Assembly: GCA_021799535.1 (NCBI GenBank)
Contig: JAJZAH010000002.1
Span: forward strand, 80,950 to 144,949
Source: Nanobdellota archaeon
GTDB lineage: Archaea; Nanobdellota; Nanobdellia; Pacearchaeales; GW2011-AR1
DNA: 64,000 nucleotides
Direction: 5' to 3'
The position numbers and the translations under genes are program-made. The notes under the pieces were generated by a model. The model worked only from the letters and a program-made list of their open reading frames with translations. It was not told the DNA's origin and made no database searches. Numbering within the stretch: the stretch's first letter is position 1; each line of letters starts with the position of its first letter. Below are positions 57,946 to 64,000 of this stretch, piece after piece.

Positions 57946-58094
57946 CTGGTCCGCAAGTTCCTTATTACATTCTGATACTTCCAAGGTCCTGCCTTGAGAA
58001 GTGGGATTGTGAAACCTGACAGCAATATCCTGTTTGAATGATCCGTTCCCCAGGCTTTATCGTAAAATCTCTCACGTGGTCTTGCCACGGGAAG

Positions 58095-59045
58095 CTACTG
58101 TTTTTTATCTTTATTTGCTTTATTATTCTTAGCTTCGTTTTTTCCTTGACCAACCGACTTGTTTGCTTTCTGGTTTAATACAGTCTCTTTGTCCGCCTCT
58201 TTTTTTATCTCTTCTTTTACTTCTTTTTTGACCAGCTCTTCAACTTCTTCTTTTGTCACATTTTCTTCCGGACTTCCTCTTTTGTCCTTTCTTATTTTCT
58301 CAAAAATTGATTCTATGAAACTTCCGATTTTTATTCCCGCTCTTAAGAACCCAAAGATTATCCCGGCTACGACTAAAATTATTCCTGCTGCAAACATCAG
58401 ATCTGATGCTGCCGGAGCTTGGCTGAAAAAGACGGGCAGGACCCTAAAAGGCAGGAATTCAGATATCCCTGATATTATCCATTCGATCTGCCTGAAGGGC
58501 AGTGATGAAAGTATTGCTGTGATGCCTGCGATTATAAATGCGTTATGCTTTTCTTTTGAGAAAAGAAATATCAGTGCGAATATGGCAAGGGACACAAAGA
58601 TCATAGCAATAAGTTTTGAGTTCCAATAATCTTCCGCTGCTTTTGACAATATGACTGAATTTTCAGATTTTATGCATTCGATGAAATTGCAGCTATAATT
58701 TTTATAATACAATTCATTTGCTGTTGCATTGATTAAATAATCTATTGTTGTTTTGGCCCCCGAGTTTATGACTGTGCACGGGACGCTTATATCATTGTTT
58801 TCAAACGTGAAATTGACCAGTGGAGTTGAGTTTGAGCATTCCATGTTTTTTTGGGCCAGTTCTTGGATCGCTGTCGCGCTAGCTCCTGATGACTGGGCGA
58901 ATTCCGAAGTCGTGTTAATGAGATAAGGGTGTATACTGCTGTAACTTATAGAATAGCTTAAAGTCAGGAAGATATTTACAGCGAATAAAGAGATAAAGAG
59001 AAGTATTGTAAGAGTGAAAATGATGGTTCCTCTTATTATTCCCAT
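58095..59045 (-). CDS. Membrane protein
   Basis: Topology like 48892..49797 (1+3 TMs, Cys-containing loop); charged tail. Confidence 0.72.
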   Translation of the reverse strand: MGIIRGTIIFTLTILLFISLFAVNIFLTLSYSISYSSIHPYLINTTSEFAQSSGASATAIQELAQKNMECSNSTPLVNFTFENNDISVPCTVINSGAKTTIDYLINATANELYYKNYSCNFIECIKSENSVILSKAAEDYWNSKLIAMIFVSLAIFALIFLFSKEKHNAFIIAGITAILSSLPFRQIEWIISGISEFLPFRVLPVFFSQAPAASDLMFAAGIILVVAGIIFGFLRAGIKIGSFIESIFEKIRKDKRGSPEENVTKEEVEELVKKEVKEEIKKEADKETVLNQKANKSVGQGKNEAKNNKANKDKKQ

Positions 59046-59075
59046 TATGTACAGATGGACAGGAGATTTATAAAA

Positions 59076-59552
59076 TTATTCGGATTTTTTCTTTTTGTTT
59101 AATTTGTCGATACCTGCAAGCGAGAGTGCAAGAATTGCGACACCGCCAAGTTCCTCGTAATATCCTAAGTCGGATTTTCCATGCAAGGCTTCTTTTTCTT
59201 TCTCTTCAGTCTCTTTTATTTTCCATTTAACCTCTTTTAACGCTTCATTACAATAATACCTTGATGAGCTTAAGCCAGAAGACTCTAATCTTGAAAGGCT
59301 TCCGTTGAGCTTGTCCATGACGTCTGAATTGTAGGGAATTTTTTTTATGTCGAGGTTATGAGCTATATTTGTGAGCTTGGACTTTGTGCTGTCAAGGTCT
59401 CTTTTTACCTGCGTGAGTTTTTCGAGTTCCTTTTCAGTTGTTTCATTCCTTTGCATGACCAGGCTATGTCCTTCATAAGCCAGATGCCCCCCATAAACAG
59501 CCGCTGCAATCAACGGGACATAAAGAATTTTTTTCACCGGTCCTGATACCAT
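59076..59552 (-). CDS. Hypothetical coiled-coil protein with terminal hydrophobic segments
   Basis: 158-aa ORF. Confidence 0.6.
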   Translation of the reverse strand: MVSGPVKKILYVPLIAAAVYGGHLAYEGHSLVMQRNETTEKELEKLTQVKRDLDSTKSKLTNIAHNLDIKKIPYNSDVMDKLNGSLSRLESSGLSSSRYYCNEALKEVKWKIKETEEKEKEALHGKSDLGYYEELGGVAILALSLAGIDKLNKKKKSE

Positions 59553-59593
59553 CGGAATTCGATGGGCAGCTTATTTTTAAGTTTTATTGTATT

Positions 59594-60472
59594 TTACATT
59601 CTTTTCAGGACATCTATCCTTTTTTCTATAGGCGGGTGGGTTGATGAAAGATTCTTGAACGGATTTGAGAAAAACATAGGTGCGAGAGCTTTTGAAACCT
59701 TTTTCTCCGGTTGTGTCTCCTTCTCAATCTTCTCAAGCGCTCCTATCAACCCTTCGGGATTTCTTGTAAATTTCACGGCTGTCGCGTCAGCTGTGTATTC
59801 TCTCCTTCTCGATATTGCAAGCTGCACGAACATAATCGCTATAGGGGCCAAAATTGCGAGCACAATGCCGATGATGACGAAGATTCCAGAATTTTTGTTG
59901 TCATTGCCCCCGCTTTTAAACCACAGGCTTCTTAGGAATATCTGAGATATTATTGAAATCATTCCCACCATCACAGTGACGAGGGTTATGAATCTTATGT
60001 CGTAATTCTTCACATGTCCCATCTCATGCGCGAGAACCCCTTCAAGTTCTCTTCTTTCAAGCTTGTCAAGCGCTCCTGTTGTGACGCAGACCACCGCATG
60101 TTTTGGGTCTCTTCCGCTGGCGAATGCGTTTATAGACGGAGAATCCATAACATACAGCTTTGGCATTGGAAGAGATGATGCGACAGTGAGGCTTTCAACG
60201 AGCCTGTAATAATCGCGGTACTTCACCTTATCAGCCGGCTTCGCACCTACAGAATTTATAGCTATCTTATCTGAATTGTAAAATCCGAACCATGTGTAAA
60301 TAATGGATATTATTACTGCGAGAATCATTATGAAAAAGAAGTAGCTTGGATCAAAAGCTAGTGAGATAACATACCCCAAAAGCACTATCACTATGAACAC
60401 CCCTATCATTAAGAAGACAGAGTTTCTCTTGTTCCTTGAAATCTGGTCCCGAAAGTCAATGTATTTTTCCAT
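59594..60472 (-). CDS. htpX: HtpX-like M48 zinc protease
   Basis: NAFASG, VLAHEMGH, SRRREYTAD, STHPP. Confidence 0.95.
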   Translation of the reverse strand: MEKYIDFRDQISRNKRNSVFLMIGVFIVIVLLGYVISLAFDPSYFFFIMILAVIISIIYTWFGFYNSDKIAINSVGAKPADKVKYRDYYRLVESLTVASSLPMPKLYVMDSPSINAFASGRDPKHAVVCVTTGALDKLERRELEGVLAHEMGHVKNYDIRFITLVTVMVGMISIISQIFLRSLWFKSGGNDNKNSGIFVIIGIVLAILAPIAIMFVQLAISRRREYTADATAVKFTRNPEGLIGALEKIEKETQPEKKVSKALAPMFFSNPFKNLSSTHPPIEKRIDVLKRM

Positions 60473-60626
60473 GGAAAAATTAAGACTGATGAGTTTTAAA
60501 AGGTAATGAATGAATGGATTTATAATTATTTAATTTTTTATTAATTTATGAAACTTGATGTCCCTTTTTTTAAAGTACTTGAAAAAAAGATACTCCCATA
60601 CAATCCGAAGAATGTCGAGCAATTTT

Positions 60627-61475
60627 TTATGTGCGCGTTTGAAAAACCTGATGGGGAATATCTGTGCCATCCGGGACTTTCCAATCGTAAAATGCACCAA
60701 GAGGATCAAAAATCTTCATTCCAGCATTAAACATATTCCTCACTTCATTAAGATCCAATTTTATATCTTCTTTTTTTATTCCTGAAAGCTTATAACATTT
60801 TTCTTCGTCAAGGCCAATTTCTCTTCCAAGAGCAAAAACCGAGCTTATGCAATCTGATGTCAATGAAGGCAGGTTATCACCAAGATTTATTTGAGCAATC
60901 TCTTTCCTCATTTTTCTGTAAATATTATAAACTTTTCCCATTTTCCGAATTATTTTTTTCGTTAACCCAGGATGATACTGCGCATAATTTATGAAATCGT
61001 AATAATCAAACTTATCACTTATCCTTCCGTAATGAGATAACTCTTTTGAGTCTTTGTTTAAGAACAATTCTCTAGCTAATGATTCCGCTGTATCTGGAAA
61101 TTGCCACAATATATTTCTAATGAAAAAAGGATCGTCTCTAATAGTCGGGGTCTTATTGGTGATATATTTAAGATCCTCTCTTATTTCCAAAGCTGATTGC
61201 TTTGTCTCCTCTTGGTTAATGTTTGAATCTAAAATATTCTGGAGCAATTTCTTTGATTTTTTGTATTGTATTAACCGTTTTTCTTCACGTTCTCTTCTTG
61301 ATTTGGATTCTCCTTTTTCGAGGAAATGGAATATCCTGTAAAATCCCCTGGGCTTAGAATATTTTGCTGCGTTGTATATCCAATTATCTATAACGCTCCT
61401 GCCTTCTTTTGAATATTCCCAGGGTTCCAAACATTTTTGTGCTATCTCTTTAAGTCTTTCATCTATTGTTTTCAT
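60627..61475 (-). CDS. Hypothetical protein (paralog of 61477..61953)
   Basis: Likely start MKTIDE at 61475, 2 nt after the upstream stop. Confidence 0.7.
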   Translation of the reverse strand: MKTIDERLKEIAQKCLEPWEYSKEGRSVIDNWIYNAAKYSKPRGFYRIFHFLEKGESKSRREREEKRLIQYKKSKKLLQNILDSNINQEETKQSALEIREDLKYITNKTPTIRDDPFFIRNILWQFPDTAESLARELFLNKDSKELSHYGRISDKFDYYDFINYAQYHPGLTKKIIRKMGKVYNIYRKMRKEIAQINLGDNLPSLTSDCISSVFALGREIGLDEEKCYKLSGIKKEDIKLDLNEVRNMFNAGMKIFDPLGAFYDWKVPDGTDIPHQVFQTRT

Positions 61476-61476
61476 T

Positions 61477-61953
61477 TTAGTCCACATTTCTATCGCAAAA
61501 TCTATCTCCTTTGAAAATGTGCTTTTCATCCATCAGTTTTTTGACGATCTTTTTTTCTTCCTCTATCTCCCCACTTTTTATGCCTGCATATCTGTAAGCC
61601 TTTTCGTTTGAGAATCCAATTTCATAACCTAAGAATGCTACTTGGTCTTGGCATTCATAAGTTTTATTAGTGAGCCCGTAATTGCAAACGTTGATGATTG
61701 ATCCAATTGGATTTCCTCCCTTTGCCCAGTCATTTCTCGCTGTTTTGTATACCTTCCCGATTTTTTTAACTAGTTTTTTTGTAAGTCTTGGATACAGCGA
61801 AGCATATATTACAAAGTTTGGGTAGTCATACATCTCCTTCATGCTCTGAGAGGATCCAACAATATCTTTTGCATTTACCTTTAAAAAATCCTTTACCTTC
61901 TTCACTATATTTGTTGAATTATTCTCTTTGCATGTATCTTCTATCGTTTTCAT
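61477..61953 (-). CDS. Hypothetical protein (paralog of 60627..61475)
   Basis: MKTIED start; shares a domain with the downstream gene. Confidence 0.7.
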   Translation of the reverse strand: MKTIEDTCKENNSTNIVKKVKDFLKVNAKDIVGSSQSMKEMYDYPNFVIYASLYPRLTKKLVKKIGKVYKTARNDWAKGGNPIGSIINVCNYGLTNKTYECQDQVAFLGYEIGFSNEKAYRYAGIKSGEIEEEKKIVKKLMDEKHIFKGDRFCDRNVD

Positions 61954-62093
61954 CTTTTTATTTTCCCCTTTTCAACTCTCTGTGAATTTGATTTATCATA
62001 GAAAAGTAACAACTACATGATATAATAAACTTATTATCATATTTTACGTCAAAAAGGAAATATTTATATATTAAAATACTTTTTATTCTTATA

Positions 62094-63062
62094 ATGGAAA
62101 AACTTGATCTCAAGGATTACAAAATACTCTATGAGTTGGATCTCAACAGTCGACAGTCTTTCAAGGAAATCGGGAATAAAGTCGGGCTCAGCAAAGACTC
62201 AATAATATATAGAATAAATCAGCTTAAGGAAAAGGGAGTGATAAAGGGGTTTCATACCGTTTTTGACGTCGGAAAACTTGGATTTACATCATTTAGGGTC
62301 TATCTCAAACTTGAAAAAACCAATCAGGAAAAGGAAGAGGAAATGATAAATTTTCTTGTGAATAAAAAGATTGTCACATGGGTGGTTTCAATTTCAGGGG
62401 AATATGATTTGGGTTTTTGGATTCTCTCGGAAAAGCTTGATGAGATGAATAGATTATGGAAAGAATTGTTTCATAGATACAGGGATTTCATAGAGAAAAG
62501 CAATCTCGCGATATTTACTAAGATTTCATATTTCTCTAGGAATTACCTTTCAAAAAATAGCACCAAGAAAAAAGAGTACATCTTTGTGACTGAGCCAAAT
62601 AAAGTCAAACTTGACAAAAAAGATTTAGGAATTATTAATTTGTTATCAGGAAATTCAAGAGTTCCGATTCTGGAAATTTCCCAAAAGTTGAAGATGACCC
62701 CAAAAACTGCTGCTTCTAGAATAAATCAACTTGAGAAGGATGGGGTAATTGTGGGTTACCGCACAATGTTTGATCTTGAAAGGTTAGGCTATGAATATTT
62801 TAAGGTCCATTTCAATTTGCACAATCTCACAGGTCAGAAAGGGAAGCAGTTTATGGGATTTCTCTTTTCTCATCCGAATGTTATCTACAACAATGAAGTT
62901 ATTGGTGGTGATGATGTAGAGATTGAGATACAGACTGAATCTCTTGAGAGCCTCAGAAAAATTCTCAATGAAATAAAAAATAGGTTCTCAGACATCATAA
63001 AAAATTATAAATATCTAAGTTTCTATAAGGAGCACAAATACATCTTCTTCCCTAAGTCTTGA
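62094..63062 (+). CDS. Double-domain Lrp/AsnC family regulator
   Basis: DYKILYELDLNSRQ..YRINQLKEKGVIKGF; second HTH RINQLEKDGVIVGY. Confidence 0.9.
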   Translation: MEKLDLKDYKILYELDLNSRQSFKEIGNKVGLSKDSIIYRINQLKEKGVIKGFHTVFDVGKLGFTSFRVYLKLEKTNQEKEEEMINFLVNKKIVTWVVSISGEYDLGFWILSEKLDEMNRLWKELFHRYRDFIEKSNLAIFTKISYFSRNYLSKNSTKKKEYIFVTEPNKVKLDKKDLGIINLLSGNSRVPILEISQKLKMTPKTAASRINQLEKDGVIVGYRTMFDLERLGYEYFKVHFNLHNLTGQKGKQFMGFLFSHPNVIYNNEVIGGDDVEIEIQTESLESLRKILNEIKNRFSDIIKNYKYLSFYKEHKYIFFPKS

Positions 63063-63226
63063 GGATTCAATATCTTTCACTTCACCTGTGAGTTTGTCTG
63101 GACTCATGTAGAATTAATCTATCTTCCAAAAGCCCTGATGTCCATATAGAATTTACTAAAACATTTCCCAATAAACCCAGCAAGAATCCAAGAATTATAA
63201 TTGTCTTTGTTTAATTGTTTCTTGAT

Positions 63227-63778
63227 TTAAAAACTAACTTTCGGAGCTTTTTTTTCAACTTCGGCAATCTGAAGGTACTGTTTTGCTTTTCTTCCGTACA
63301 TTCCCGCAAACATTGCTCCCGGAAATTTCTGTATTATATTATTATAACTCAGTATGGAATCGTTATAGTTCTGTCTTGCATAAGCAACCCTATCTTCAGT
63401 CGATGAAAGTTCCCTCTGCAGCTCTATGAAGTTTGAGCTTGCCTTAAGATCAGGATAATTCTCAGCCACCGCAAAAAGTCTTCCAAGAGCGCCCGATAAA
63501 ACATCATTTGCCTTGACTTTCCCTACAATATCCTTTGCAGCCATCATCGCTTTTCTTGCCTTTGAAACATCTTCCATGATAGATTTCTCGTGCTTTGCAT
63601 AGCCTTTCACTGTTTCAATAAGGTTAGGTATAAGGTCTGCTCTTCGTTTCAGCTGGACATCTATCTGCGAAAGCGAGTTGTCTATCCTGTTTGAGAGGAC
63701 AACAAATCTATTGAAATAAAAGATTGCAATTAAGATAAGCAATACAACAACCGCAAGAATTATCCACAGTACTAACAT
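63227..63778 (-). CDS. lemA: LemA family protein
   Basis: IDVQLKRRADLIPNL..VKGYAKHE, AVAENYPDLKA, ARQNYN. Confidence 0.96.
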   Translation of the reverse strand: MLVLWIILAVVVLLILIAIFYFNRFVVLSNRIDNSLSQIDVQLKRRADLIPNLIETVKGYAKHEKSIMEDVSKARKAMMAAKDIVGKVKANDVLSGALGRLFAVAENYPDLKASSNFIELQRELSSTEDRVAYARQNYNDSILSYNNIIQKFPGAMFAGMYGRKAKQYLQIAEVEKKAPKVSF

Positions 63779-63808
63779 AATTTAATCTAGACGGATTGAT
63801 TTATAAAC

Positions 63809-64000
63809 TTATTTGTGAGACAAATTTTTCTAAGAACTCTCCCCAAATTGCCCTATTCTCCTTCATGTATTTTTTTAATAAATCAAAGGACTCCTTACTA
63901 AATGGGCCTTCTCTGAAAACTGGCCAGTGTTTTTCGTTCCAGTATCCAAGATTTTTTGGGTTCACTCTGGCCATTCCCCCCAGGGGGTCAGGACAGGCGT
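63809..64000 (-). CDS. 3' end of a hypothetical protein (runs off the window)
   Basis: Open frame ..ACPDPLGGMARVNPKNLGYWNEKHWPVF..ENLSHK*. Confidence 0.5.

Noticed and set aside
890..63406. Numerous antisense and alternate-frame ORFs in the track (e.g. 1892..2485, 6534..7046, 27126..27620, 43371..43937)
   Set aside because: They are shadows of well-supported genes on the opposite strand or in another frame, with F/S/L-rich composition
1..64000. Genome-wide TAG reassignment, suggested by in-frame TAGs at 45344 and 19394
   Set aside because: Conserved genes (NAC, minD, oapB-like, Bud32, DAC) end at TAG at plausible C-termini, aRF1 has normal NIKS and YxCxxxF motifs, and no CTA-anticodon tRNA was seen
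1..64000. CRISPR array or cas operon
   Set aside because: No regularly spaced repeats seen; the Cas4-like nuclease is solitary

Overview
Gene-dense, AT-rich archaeal chromosome segment, most likely from a DPANN archaeon of the Pacearchaeota/Woesearchaeota type. The lineage call is an inference from gene content and compactness. The housekeeping backbone includes aRF1 (partial), ValRS, ThrRS, GlyRS, TrpRS, L15e, S8e, Lsm, RNase Z, CCA-adding enzyme, Bud32, Elp3, NAC, Sec61beta, two MinD ATPases, oapABC-like genes, HtpX and LemA. I read six tRNAs directly from the sequence, two of them with BHB introns. Orphan genes are interleaved throughout. The most interesting observations are these. (1) A tandem pair of propeptide-less proteasome-beta-like Ntn hydrolases has no alpha subunit or ATPase nearby. 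(2) Three double-domain Lrp regulators each sit head-to-head with an orphan cassette, and one cassette splits lemA from htpX. (3) An unannotated relic of a mobile-element-type family B DNA polymerase lies downstream of tRNA-Ser. (4) A receptor-like protein carries a degenerate class III cyclase domain, and there is a separate stand-alone diadenylate cyclase. (5) Bacterial-envelope-type enzymes are present (lytic transglycosylase, Kdo-transferase-like). (6) An unknown domain is fused to a Ham1 pyrophosphatase. No CRISPR array, rRNA, intact integrase or transposase was seen. All family assignments come from motif recognition by eye; no searches were run.
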